A DNA stretch of 64,000 nt from Antedon mediterranea (taxonomy: Eukaryota; Animalia; Echinodermata), in the NCBI RefSeq assembly GCF_964355755.1, contig NC_092676.1, positions 26,058,871-26,122,870 of the forward strand, in the 5' to 3' direction. Both the position numbers and the translations under genes were made by a program. Under the pieces are notes generated by a model. The model was not told where the DNA came from. It ran no database searches and worked only from the letters and a program-made list of their open reading frames with translations. Below are positions 23,309 to 36,700 of the stretch, in pieces. The stretch's first letter is position 1, and each line of letters begins with the position of its first letter.

Positions 23309-24953
23309 ATGCCTTTTGATCAAACCGCCGATGAAGGTTGCTTTTCACGGCACGGCGGTGCTACTGCAGAGCTAGAGGATGATGCGAACAACAACCCATA
23401 TTTGGATGGATGGCGAAATGATGGTGAAAGAGATGATATTTTCGAAAAGACAAGGCATAGTGCATTGCAAATGCCTCTTGAAAAAGGAGGTTTTACGAAA
23501 TTGATGAAATTGGAAGATAAAGAAAATGATGAGAGCAATTCAATTAATGATTGTGGGCTCATTTGTTTACGAAAGCATGAACTGTCTGTTGAAGGTATGT
23601 ATATAGTATGGTGCTACATTTAATTTAATAAATAATAGCCTCTTTTATTGAAAATGATGTGCGGCTAGTTTTATTTCAATATAATTAACTTCCCCGTCGT
23701 TCATTAAACTGTAGACGGCACATTTAAATTATGTGACGGATATGACACAAAACTGCGGGACAAGCTTTTTCCAAACAAAAACTTTAAAATTTTAGATTTA
23801 ATGTAGGGCCTATGTAGGCCAGGCCTAGGCCTATAGAGATGTACGTATTTTGATCAATAAAATCGCATGAAATCATGATTAACTAACTTGTTACAATATT
23901 TTCAATAACAAAAGTCCTGCTATCAAATATACGGCGATCATAAAATTGAAGATGTACGATCGGGACATGAGGTTTTAGGGGGTTGCCAGAAACATTTTTA
24001 TAAAAATTAACAATATCAATGTTATTATTTTTGGTTTATGTAATTAATTATATTTACAATAATGTTGATTATAAAATAAGCCAAGAATTTTTTTTTTTTA
24101 ATGATGAATTTTCAATATCTATCCCACCAAAGTATCGGGACACGATTTTAGACACTTACTGAAGAATGACCCAGCTAGGCTAGGCCCTATTTAATAAATA
24201 AAATACAAATTGAATTTTATATTTATTATAATTAATTTAAAATAAAGTAATTACATTTATTAGGTGGCCGTGACTTAATCTTAATTAAATTTATTCTCTT
24301 TTGATGATGATGTAAACTAACCTTACAATTAATGTAATAAAAAAATGTAATAACTAGGCCTAGGCCTAATATTAAAACACTTTTTAATTTTGTTTGTAGG
24401 TGTACATGTTGATCAGTGTATTTTACCAGGTTTCAAGTACAAAGTTCGAAGGTTAGGGGTCAAGAACAAATACTTATTTGAAGGTCGTGCTCTTCATCTT
24501 CTAAGCATTAGCCAAGGATACGGAAAAAGAATCACATTCGAATCCAAAATAAAAAACTTAAACTCAAACTATTTTTGGTCGGACTCCAATGACGACGGTT
24601 ACGGATTTAGTTTAATCGCTGTCGAGCATGGCGATAAATTTACAATTTGCAACCTGCGGAGGCGTCCTATCGGGCATGCGATCGTGGAAGATGTTGATGA
24701 AACGCAAACTGAAATAAACTCTAAAATTGACGGTACAGAGATTACAAAAGAAGTCGGTATAAGGATGCGGTGTCGAGTTCGGTACACTTCCGAACCACAC
24801 GGTATGATGTCATTACGCAGGGAAGAAACTGTATTCATAAATGGTTTAGCAGTTGTCGCAAAGAGTCGAACAAATTTAAAAGCAGTTACTAAATTAATAA
24901 AAAACATTGAATTAATGTCGGTTGGACCATGTTTGTTTGTTAAAGAACAATGA
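23309..24953 (+). CDS. Uncharacterised protein, 2 coding exons (23309-23594, 24400-24953), 279 aa
   Basis: ATG at 23309. Donor GAAG|GTATGT at 23594/5 and acceptor TTTGTAG| at 24399/400 join in frame (G+GT = Gly). Total 840 nt, stop TGA at 24951-24953. Acidic low-complexity N-terminus, then a globular-looking region (ILPGFKYKVRR...QGYGKRITF...NYFWSDS..GYGFSL). A possible 5' UTR intron spans about 23212-23300. Confidence 0.8.
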
Positions 24954-25934
24954 AAGAAACATGTTATCATTAATAATTCGTTTGAAAAACGTATGAATCT
25001 AGCTAAGGTGTTAACAATAATATACCAAAAATGAATTATAGTTTACGCACAAATATTTATCCTTGGTACTGTATCTGTATGTCCAGTATATCCTAGGCAC
25101 ATTCTGTAATAAAGTGTGATTGTGACATCTGTATTTTATAATGTGTCCCATGATACTGGCCAGATAATTAATGGAACATGAATTTGGGCAATACAGAAAA
25201 TCCTTCTATTTTACGCACAAATATTTATCCTTGAGAGATATATAGTTAAAGTTAAGTACATTTAACCTAAAATAATGCATTGTGGTTTTATCTTCAAGTG
25301 ATAGTATAGTAGTAGATAAAAACTGAAATAACTTCATTCATAAATCCAATTGAAAATTGATTTTTCATGCGTACCCTTTTTTTTCAGGTGAGTAGTGTGC
25401 AGAAATGTATTGCTTCCGAATGTTTAGATTGTGTGAAATAAACTGTAAATAATTGAATCTATAAACAAATAAAAATTATAATAATGTAATATAACTTTAC
25501 ATGAATTGGTTTGGTTAGTAGGGTTTTGACTATATAATACTATAGGAATGTTTAAAATTGTATGATATCTAATTATTAATGTAAACACACTTTATTGGAG
25601 GGAGAGGATGGTGCTTAGCTTGCCAATATGTTAACGACGTAATTATGCTAAATAAATATCTACAAAATAAATTTAAATGATTTTTTAAACGTTTGGTAAT
25701 AGTTTTTATAATGGATGTTTAAATTGTACAATGATTAATATTAATCATCATAAAAATGTTGTGGGGTGTGGGGGGAGGAGCGGAGGTATGCGTGTTCAAT
25801 GGTGCTTAGCTTGCCAAAGTACTCTAATTTAAATTGATTTCAATAGTTTTAAATTGAAGACAATAAAAAGGATATTGTATGTGTATTTATTGTTCCATGT
25901 GTTTTTATTTTTAGTAATCTGAAATTTACATACT

Positions 25935-26068
25935 ACTTTATGTGACAAAAAAATGTGATGTGCCCATATATGGTCATATCACTACCATATTGGGGTATAT
26001 CACTACCATATTTGGGCACATCACACTTTTTTTTGTCGTCAAACTAGTTTGATAGTGTAGACAGAGCT
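25935..26068. mobile_element. MITE family A copy lacking the left TIR
   Basis: Internal subrepeats and right TIR GTTTGATAGTGTAGACAGAGCT-TAA. Confidence 0.8.
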
Positions 26069-26314
26069 TAATTGGTTGGTTTTAAACGGCATCAAATAAA
26101 GGCGTCGACATATCGTCAACACCATATCCCTATACATTTTCGGCTTAAATTATCTCAAGCGGGAAGTGGTACACTAATGCTACCAATGAATCATCAACTG
26201 CTCAGTAATGCTAAACCAAAAATAGACAGTTACTGATAAAATGAATTATCAAAAGATTCTATAGGGTGCTTCCATAAACCATGATTTTATGCAAATCTAA
26301 AATTGCAGTATTGG

Positions 26315-26507
26315 CAGTGGCGTAACGCAAAGGCCCAAGGCCTCTGTCTTAGAAACCTTAAGTGGCCCTCTAACAGTGGAGAGACAGGTATTTTTAGCCT
26401 TTTTCGACATATTTTAATGCCTTTTTCCTGGACACTGCTCAGGGGCCCTCATAATATGCAGAGCCCCTGGGTTTAGCCAGTGAGCGCTTATAGCTGTTAC
26501 TCCACTG
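26315..26507. mobile_element. hAT-type MITE (family B) with a perfect 8-bp TSD
   Basis: TIRs CAGTGGCGTAAC / GTTACTCCACTG. TSD AGTATTGG at 26307-26314 and 26508-26515. Confidence 0.9.
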
Positions 26508-29500
26508 AGTATTGGACCATGTAAGTAAATAAAAAAAGATACTTCTACAAAACCTTATTTACTATACTTTAATATGCATCTACTTGTTTTTAAGTATATT
26601 CACTAGTAGTAGTACTGGTAGGTGCATTACTTCAACGCATGCTTTGTATATGTCAGTTTAAGGGCTGTATGTTGTTATTGACGGCATGGCTGAAACATGG
26701 TTCACAAGAGGAAAATGCATGCAAGTGAAATCATTGTGAATGTTTCCAATACAAGTCTTAGATCACAATCCGAAGATCAAACAACACATATCTCATTTAA
26801 AATATAAACAATCAGTGCAATAGCCACCAGTATGGTTGGTATTAAGTTTCAACCTGACCACTTTTTCACACAGGCCTTTGACAACCCAGTGGCTTGAACA
26901 GAGATTGTTCCCTTTTCTTGAGAAAACTGTGCCACTTTATTTCTTGTTGCTACATCCCTGAAAATGGATTGGTACCGCTGATTTTGGGACCCCATATAAG
27001 TGGAAATTTGACCACCACCACTTTATCCCCCCCCCCCCACCCACCCCCACCAAAAAAAATAATACCTATGCAATAAATCACAACATGAACATTGATATCT
27101 TTCATATGTACAAAATTTAATTTTTGTAGACAAGAGGAAATATTGTATCGAATATTTGATTCTAGTTTTACTACCAGAACTTCTCACTCGAAACTAAAAG
27201 GCGACGAAAAGATAATAAAACTACGAGATAAACACTTATTTCACATCGATGGTTTGGGTATACATCCCAAAATAAACTAAAATCTACCAAATAACATTAA
27301 TACTGAGTTTTTTTTTAACTTACAAAACAGAGATGTAAACATGAAAGTGTTAAACTAATTTAATATTTATGTTTTCATTTAAATTGGTTACTATGCACAA
27401 CACTTAATGTTACATTTACAGGTACGTGTAGGAAATCTTCAAATAAGGCTTAACAACCAAAGTAAATTAATTTGGTGGGCTTTAAACGAGAAAATAATGA
27501 AAAACATACAACAATAGTTATATGTAAATTTACAAAATGAAGTTATAAATAAGAACTGGACACTAAGTATAATATGACATGCATATATAAATCAAAAATT
27601 GCGGAAAATGTATGCACCAAAAACGTAAAAACAGAAAATATTATCATGATTTAAACTATACTAATAAATTGAAGGTGACGTGTGATGAAGCTAAAAAGCA
27701 CCACAGTGTGAATAATCAACATATGCAAATCAGAAATTTACATATTAGCAAACACTTGTGTAAACTAGTGCAAATGTTTTTATCTGAACTAATAATTTAC
27801 ATATAAATGTGAATATTTGCATATTAATGCATATTCATAAATATCTATAAATATGAATTCAACATTTACATAAAATGCACTTGTATCAACATAATTATAA
27901 ATGCATAAATTTGCATAACATATGGATTCATAGTCATATGTGAAAACTATATATGTATCACACATTATAATATCACCTAATTATAATATTCAATAAACAG
28001 TAAATAAACTAATTTATAATATTACAGTTTACGCAAATAACGGCGACGAATTGACTTACATTAATTAGGTAGCATTTACTTAACTTAATTTTAAAAAGAC
28101 AATAGAAATTAAATAATTATATTGAGTAAAGATTAAACAATTTCAGATTGTTTTTGTATAAATTGATTATTGTGAATGAGATGCTTTAATGTAACACAGT
28201 GCATGCATACAATATTGACAAACTAGCAAAAAATCCAGAGGCATAGGCTGGCTTCATAAGTGTGCACCTCAGCCTACTAAAAATAATGTTTTACAATTTT
28301 TAAACTATCCACTTATATCTTTAAAGACAATCAACATTCCTTAAGCCACAGAAAAAAAAAATCAGAGTTTTTAAAATATTCACTAACATAGGATAAAAAA
28401 ACTCTTTCCTTGGCACCGCTAATACAGTTAGTCAAAATGAAAAATTGGTAAATTGTACATTTTAAAAGCTATATTTGTACATAAAATTTATTTATTTGCG
28501 TTTTTGATGCAACAAAAGTTACAAAAAAGCATTATATGGACAATATTGGCTTCATAAAATGATCATGTGAAAACAATAAAGATGGGCAAAACACATCTTC
28601 CTGCCTACCGAGTCTTTACCTGTTTTTGTTAAAAATCAAATCAATAAAGGCTATCATACCTTAATTAAAGCACTTGCTTTCACTATATTACTAAAATATT
28701 AAATGTATTGAAAGAATTTCAGTTTAGTTTGACAACCAGGGAAGAGGGTGAAATTAAATGTGTGTAATTTCATTCTTCCCTGATTTAACAATGCATATAA
28801 CATTAATAACAGACGATTTAAAAAAAACCTCTCGGCTGATAAGCTTCTATTTTGTTCCTAACTACCACATGCCCATAATAAAACAACATGACCTACAATA
28901 ACATTTATTGGCACATGTTTTTAGATTAATAATAAAAAGTAAAACACACACTTTTTAAAAATAAAAACATTACACAGTATATTACAGTTTTCTCACACAA
29001 AAAAAAACATCGACTGAAAAATATGTACCCTGATATTATAACTAGATATAATTTGTTCAGTAGCTTCTGAATAATAATTTTTCTAAAAAATAGAATATAA
29101 AAACGATGAATTCAGTAAAGGTAACCATGGTAACCATCTTGCAGCAACGATAGACATGGTAAGTCTCCACTAATTTTGTCTCCCTCTACTGTGATGAGTT
29201 TCACTAAACATGGAAAACAGTAAATTCACTAAGTAACTGTAATAGATATATTTCAAAGTGTAAATAGTGATTTCAAGTGTAAATAGCCATTTCAAAGTGT
29301 GAATAGGTTTTTGCCTCACATACCCTGTATCACATGCTAAACACTATTCATATATTTAAGTTTTCCCGAGTAAGAATTAATTTAAAAAAAAAGTTCTTTG
29401 TTTATTACAAATACAATAATCTTTTAATTACTCCTTATCAAAACCCAAATTTCATTCAATCTATTTAAAATATGCAAATTCATGCAGCTGAATATGAATT

Positions 29501-30741
29501 TATTCAAAACAGTATGTAAATTTCCACAACAAACTCTATACAGCATTCCTGTAAAACTTTGGCTTAGCTTTCAATGGAAATTCGATTTATTTTTAAACCT
29601 GTAGAATACGTAGCATTGATGGATTATCTTAAAAATATTGTAACCACTGTTATCCCCCTCCCCCGATATACAAAAATTAAATATATAATTTTGAGTTGTC
29701 ATTTTCAGAGCGATTCGGTGGACGAAGAAAGCACTCACTCGAAGAATGCACCCATTAATGTCATTGTAATATTTTTTAAAATAAAATTCTCGTTATAAAT
29801 GACTTGATATTTTCGAAAATTTTAGGTAAGTCAATTATACAAATGAGCATGCATCTTTACTTTGGCATTCTGATTAACAAACTATTTATTTGGTTCATCT
29901 TTTCCCAAAATGGGAGGCTTGCTTAAAAACAATAAAGGAGCCAGCAATGTATTCGTTCATTAACATCTCTCAATCACAATCATTTTTCACGCAATGTAAC
30001 TCATTGACTTGGTATATGGACTTATAAATACACTTAATATCTCAATGAACAGATAGAGGCTGACATAAATGGGAGATGATATTTTGGAAAAAGAAAAAAA
30101 ATAATTATATAATACATAATTTCATAATCAATAAAAAAAAAAAAGAAAATTAATTTTAAATGATTTTAAACTTAAATTTTAAAAAGGGAAGCTCATGACT
30201 GAATGGAGGGATTGTAAATTAAAAGACTTAATTTGACAAATAAAAATAATTTTGGGAAAGAAAACTAAAGCCTTTCTTTTTCAATGAGCTGGCCCCTTTA
30301 CCACAAGCAGACAAATTTTTGGTTTCAAAGTATACTTAAATCTAGAAATCTCATGCAACGTATTAAATATTAATTCGTTTTAACTGCTCGGCTTTAGACT
30401 GCCATATTAACTTTTTAAAACTTTCTTCATATCGTGTAAACAACGCTAATATTCGCTTCATATGATTGATGCTTGATGGCGTCACAACCGTATATCCAAA
30501 TAGTGATATCACGATAAAAACATCGTTCTTGTCACGTCAACTTGCTGAAAACGGTGTCAACTACGAGTACTGAGCAGCACATCAGACTACCTTGAAAAAT
30601 CCACCTACAATCAACAGATTACGTAATCCTACAAATATTCCAAAGGCTTGTGGCAAAAATCAGAAACATCATCTCTAATACAAAATCAAACTAGAGCTTT
30701 GCAATGAAGTCAGAATTTCAAACTCGTAACTCTACTGAACC

Positions 30742-33700
30742 TCAGTAGAACCTATGACAATTGTCACCAGGTAACGTATTTTGCGACAGTCCTGTGTTTG
30801 GCGAATCACCGCCCTGTAAAATAAAAAAAGCATTTAAATGTCAACAATTTTGCAAATAGAAGCCCACCCAAGAGTCCCATGAGCTTCTTTTCAAGGTTTT
30901 ACAGTACTAGAACAACAACAATATTATACACACCCCAGGCGGTGATGAAAAGACAGAGTTAGGCGTCAACTGCTGGTGTTCAGGACTGCTGTAGTTATCG
31001 AATATCTGAAACAAAACATCAATTTTTTTTAACAAGGCACTATAAACATTTAACTTTTTTTTATGACAAAGATTAAAAAAGAAGTTAATATGGTCAAGCA
31101 ATTCAATTATGGCCAGAGTGGTCATATGGCCTATAACATGCTTTTGCTACTATGGCTATATATGCCAGTATTTCGACAAAGTTGCAAAATGGGAGTATTA
31201 CTTACATTTAATGGCGAGTTATAAGCAGTTCCGCCAGAGTCTGTCGAGAGCCTAGAAGAAGGCTCACCAGTCACCCTCATGTTTCTCTCATCCTGTAAAA
31301 ACAAGTTAAATTATTTAGATAAAATTATTAAATTGAGATGGCCAATAAATTTTAATTCTAAAGAGAGTGTCAACATTTTTATACTGCATTTACTGCAGTA
31401 ACTATATTTTTTAACACTTAACACATGCATTATTGCAGTAAAAAAAAAGAGTTACTGCAGTAGAAAAATTTTGCCATGACCCCTTATACATCTTACCATT
31501 TGTTTGTTTAGATGCATCTCATTCCCACAATAGACCATGTCTACATTATTCATTCCATAGTTTTGCATTTGTTTTGGCATTGTCATCTTGTTAGCTGAAA
31601 TCAATCTCTGCTCATTTGCAATAACCATGTTCTGTCGGTTCATAACTAAACTTGGGTCAAAGTTATGACCCTTGACACCTTGACCCGATAATGCCATCAG
31701 CTCCAGCATTTCCTGCTGTATTCTGGCTTGATCCATTTCTGATGTTCTCATTCCGGGATTGGTTGAATATTGACTTCCGTCCTCTTCCATGCCTTGAAAG
31801 GCCACATTTCCAAAACCCTGATTTCCTGGATTTAACATTCCATAATTTTGTTGATTTACCATTCTTAGATTGTTCATGCTGACCATTCCTGAATTTTGGG
31901 AATTCATCAAGATTTGATTCCTAGTGTTGCTAATTCCCTGGTTTCCCGGAACTCCATGTTGATTTTGAGTAAATTGTATTCCTTGAGTTCTGGAATTCAT
32001 TCCAAGTTGATTTTGTGGGACTGACATAATTCCCTGAGTTCTGGCATTCATTCCTACTTGATTTTGCGGGACCGATGTAATTCCTTGAATCCTGGCATTC
32101 ATTCCAAGTTGATTTTGTGGGACTGACATGATTCCTTGAGTCCTGGCATTCATTCCGAGTTGATTTTGCGGGACTGACATGATTTCTTGAGTCCTGGCAT
32201 TCATTCCAAGTTGATTTTGCTGGACTGACATAATTCCTTGAGTCCTGGCATTCATTCCGAGTGGATTTTGCGGGACTGATGTAATCCCTTGAGTTCTGGC
32301 ATTCACTCCTACTTGATTTTGCGGGACTGTTGTTCCTTGAGCCCTGCCATTCACTCCTACTTGATTTTGCGGGACTGTTGTTCCTTGAGCCCTGCCATTC
32401 ATTCCTAGTTGATTTCCAGAGTTCAGATTCCCTTGACTCCAATAATCCAATATATTAGGATTATTCTGAGTAGTGGGAACTCCTTGATTTTTGGCATATA
32501 CTAATTCATGATTACTTCCAGCATTTGGAATTCCATGCCCTCTCAAATTATTTATTACTTGAGAATTTGGTTGTCCTTGATTTACAAAAGTTTTAATTCT
32601 TTGATTATTTCCCGGAATCTCTTGACTGTTGATTCCTTGATTTCTAGCACATGGAATTGTATGGTTCTGGATAGGTCTCATTCCCTGTTGATTGTCACCA
32701 ATCCCAGTTTGTGTTATTCTTTGGTTTTGTAAATTCCCAAATCCAGAATTACTTATTCCTTGATTTCCATTCATCATTTTATATTCAGAGGCTAAACTCT
32801 GCATTTGATTCTGTGCAATTCCTGTTGCTTTTGTATTGACAAAGTGATTGTTTGTTGGCTGGTTTAACTCATGCATTCCGTAAGGATTTCTCGCCTTCAT
32901 TAATCTTTGGTTATCATCACTTATCATGCCAGCTCCATTCACCATTGTACTCTGGTTTTCAACAACCGGCATTGAACTGCTGCTCAAATTTTGAGAAGTA
33001 TTAAAAGCTACTTCACTGAAATTCGGCTGTAAGGAAACCTCAGTATTTTCAATGGGTATCATTCCATGATTTCCAGGTGTTTCAAAGTTGGAAACGACCG
33101 GAGAAATATATTGATTGAGTGCTGATTGCATCGGTTTTCCTTGAGCCATCAACTGGTTAGTTTGAATTTCTTGGAACGACATTGAATTTCCTAGACATTG
33201 AGCGGAATTCGTCTGACTAGGGCCATTTGGCAAATATTCTAATGTATGAGTTCGTTCTCGTTTTAAGTTATCTGTAGGGGGTTTCTGTGGGTTAGTTTGT
33301 TGTCGAGTGGTATGTACCGGATTTGTAAGCATGTCATGCAGCTTGGATCCACTTGCCGAAAAAGTGTTCTGATGTCTATTTCCTTCTGGAAATAGATTTC
33401 TGCTTGATTTCTGTAAAGCATTTCCACATATTTGTTGAAAATTTGTTTGATTCGGTAAACTATTACTCGCGAAGGACATACTATTTTGTTGGTTCATAGC
33501 TCCGCTATTAACTCCCTGAAACATGATCCTCTCTTTTGAATCAAGAACTTCGGTCGCGTTCTGCTGCATACACGAAACAGACGCAGTATTCTTAGGCACA
33601 TTTGGAAATTGGCAAATCTGGCTTGGCTGTTCAGGTAACAACTCATGCGTATCAGTAATGTCTGTTAGTCTGTCAAGAGGCTTAATTGTATCATCAAACG

Positions 33701-36700
33701 ATGGGATATCAGAATCATAAATGGGCACACCAGAAGAAAGCTGATCGGTCAACATTTGTTCGCTGTGATCCGTGATCATAGATGCTACCTGCATTACATC
33801 AGCATCGGAGAAGCCAGCACCAATATCGGGGATCTTCAATTTCTGTATCTCTTTAGTACATCTTGTTACCTAAAAAAAAAAAGAAGATTTTTCAGTTTAA
33901 TGTTTCATACATTATGTGCAGGGAAAGTAGTTGATTTTCCCAAATTAATTTATAGCATTTTATGTAAATCTTTAATTTAAAACATAAATAGCTTTATTTT
34001 ATTTTCGTACTATTTTCCAGCTCCAGGGCATCATTTATATGGAGCGCCTGCGCGACCACGCTCCTCAACAGGCTTCGAGGAGAGCAATTTATCGCGCTCC
34101 TTAATTTTCAAAATAGAGCCTAGCTTTTGACAGTGTTGATTTTTCTGTCAAGAGGCCTAAAAACACGTGGATTTTTAAAAGTTAAAAATGTGAAAAACGC
34201 TTACAATGACAGGCCTAGAAGACAATCGATCATCATAAATTATAAAAGCTCGAGAAGGCGGCGGAGTCATACTCGACGACGACAAAGCAAAGTAAACAAC
34301 AGTCTAGCTAGCTAGCTATCTAGTCTACTAATAAAACACGAGGCCGACCGGACGTACAACTTTTGTATACACGTGACGTGTGTAATCTCCCGATATGATG
34401 GAAAAGCTACAAGCAGTCCCTCGTTTTTAAGGATCGCAAGCGCGATCAACAACCTTCAGGGAGAGCAATTAATCACGCTCCATCTCACAGTGCGAGGTTA
34501 GGTACCAAACAAGAGGATTCCCCTGCCTGCATTCAAGGACGAGTTTACTTCATCGCCTCATAGTGCATCCAGTACGGTGTCACATAGAAATACTTCCTTT
34601 ACAGCAACCAATAATTGTTCCTTTTATGCTTACTGCATGTTTTTATGGAACGAGTTTATAAAATATATTTAATTTTGAAAGGAAACATTAATAGGAGGCC
34701 TAAATATAATGTTTATTATTTAAAAACTTAGTTGCTTTAATTATGTCATTGATGGATTATTTCTTCAAAAGTTCCAACCAATTTTGGTCACTCAAATCCT
34801 CCTCAAAACACGTGCTGACGTGTGACGTCATCATCTTCTAGAAGGAAGGTAGCTCTCCCCAAATTGTGCGTGCATGTGTGACACATGTAAACACGATTAA
34901 ATATCTTTCTTAATTATTTTAAAATGATACTTTGTAACTTATTATCAATATTTTAATGGCTATTGCATGTTAGAATTGTATAATTTATGAAATACAGGTA
35001 GTAGGCCAACAAGCTAGGCTAGAAAAGCTAGGCCTAGTAGGCTAAAGACATGTTGGTCAGGATTCTCCAGGCAGGCTCCTGAAACCCAATCTAGGCCTAC
35101 TCAGGGATTGATTTTTTTCAATGACGATCCCCACGGAAAATATTGTGTGTGAATGTGGGTGTGGGAGGGGAGTGGGGGAGGGAGGAATTTTGGGGAGAGT
35201 AAGTTAATTATCAAAAGTAATAAATGATATAATTGGGAGGGGTGGGGATAAATTCCCTTGGGCAAAAAAAAAATGTACACAAAATTAATAAGGGCCAGCC
35301 ATTTTTAATAAGGGCGACCATCCTTCAACTTCAACTGGCCCTGCTGGCCACTATGGTTTAAAGGTTAATTTTCAGCCCTGTATTTATTAATAAAAGATTT
35401 ATAGATTATAATATAATAGATTATAGCGGCAGTGTGCGCTAATAATTTTTTTTTGGTAGCAAAACCAATAGAATTTAACTTTTGTGGTCAAATTCAAACA
35501 TTGTAATTTTTTTACATATTTACATAGGAGAGCGATTTAAAATGTTTGCAAGGAGAGCGAATTGCTCTCCTCGGTGATTTGAGGAGAGCGATTTGTTGCT
35601 CTCCTGGGTTTTGCATATGTGATGCCCTGCAGCTCTATGTGATTTTGCTTAACAACCAATCACCTGTTGGTTATGGCTGCCCTTTCCCCCCTCCTCCCCA
35701 CTCCGTACATGTCACTGAATGCGGTAAGATCATTTTACCTGTGTTTGTAGTATGGTGTTCTGTACTCCGTCAGGGCCGACAAATGACTGCACAGTATCAA
35801 CTCTGTTGCTAGTCCCACCTGGCAATGATGTCTGTACCACAGTACGCATTGGTGGCCTGGAACCAAAACCATTCGGGGGCTGCATATTCCTCGGTGTCAC
35901 AACTGCTATGGCTTTTGGAGTTGAATTCTGAGGTCGCATACAAGGTGGTGGTCCACTGCCAGTGGGCATACTGGCATTAGGTGGTCCTCTGCCAGGGGGC
36001 ATACTGCCATTAGGTGGTCCTCTGCCAGGAGGCATACCACCATTAGGTGGTGGTCCCATTGCACCAAAGTTTATAGGTGGACCACCTTCTTTTCCTATTT
36101 GTGGTTTGAAGCCACTATTGATATAGTTAATAATTTCTACAATAAGAAAACAAACACAGTAAATATTAACTTTTTTCATAATACAATCAAGCAACCAGCG
36201 GTGGTAAAAGAGTTCAAATGAACCCCACTTTTTCCTGAGGTACACTTTTCAAACAAGAGACTAGCAGCAGAAGTGATGGTTAATATATTTATATATATAT
36301 ATATGTGGTACTGGTACTGGTTCAAATAACCGTCTCACAGAATCATCTGGTAGCCATTGACTTGAAGTTTGCATTTGGATGTGTTACTTTTAAATGTACA
36401 GTATGAGAGTGACTATTACCAAATTGCACAGTCACAAAACAACTTATAAAACAGTTCATATATACAGTTAAAACATTGATGGAGATAATAAATTTCTGTT
36501 GAAGCAGGCTCCAATGAAGTTGCATCTAGTAAGTTGACTTTGTTGTACAACTCTATTAAGTACTAATGGTATCTTCCAACCTCTTTGTTTACTTTGTGTT
36601 GTGACATTTACATTGAATGTAAACAACATAATTTCCCTAGTCTTACCTTTAGGCATTGGTGGATATGGATTGTTCATATCATATAAAGATGATTTTGTCT

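Noticed and set aside
24599-24970. 123-aa minus-strand ORF
   Set aside because: Antisense shadow of the plus-strand exon, with no independent splice or motif support.
31930-32442. 170-aa alternative-frame ORF ([14 protein letters not shown] repeats)
   Set aside because: It is a shifted frame of the AHR coding repeat, open only because the repeat lacks stops in that frame.
36468-36646. ORF continuation after [10 protein letters not shown]
   Set aside because: A strong donor (AAAG|GTAAGA) at 36646/7 splices in phase to the next AHR exon, so the rest is intron.
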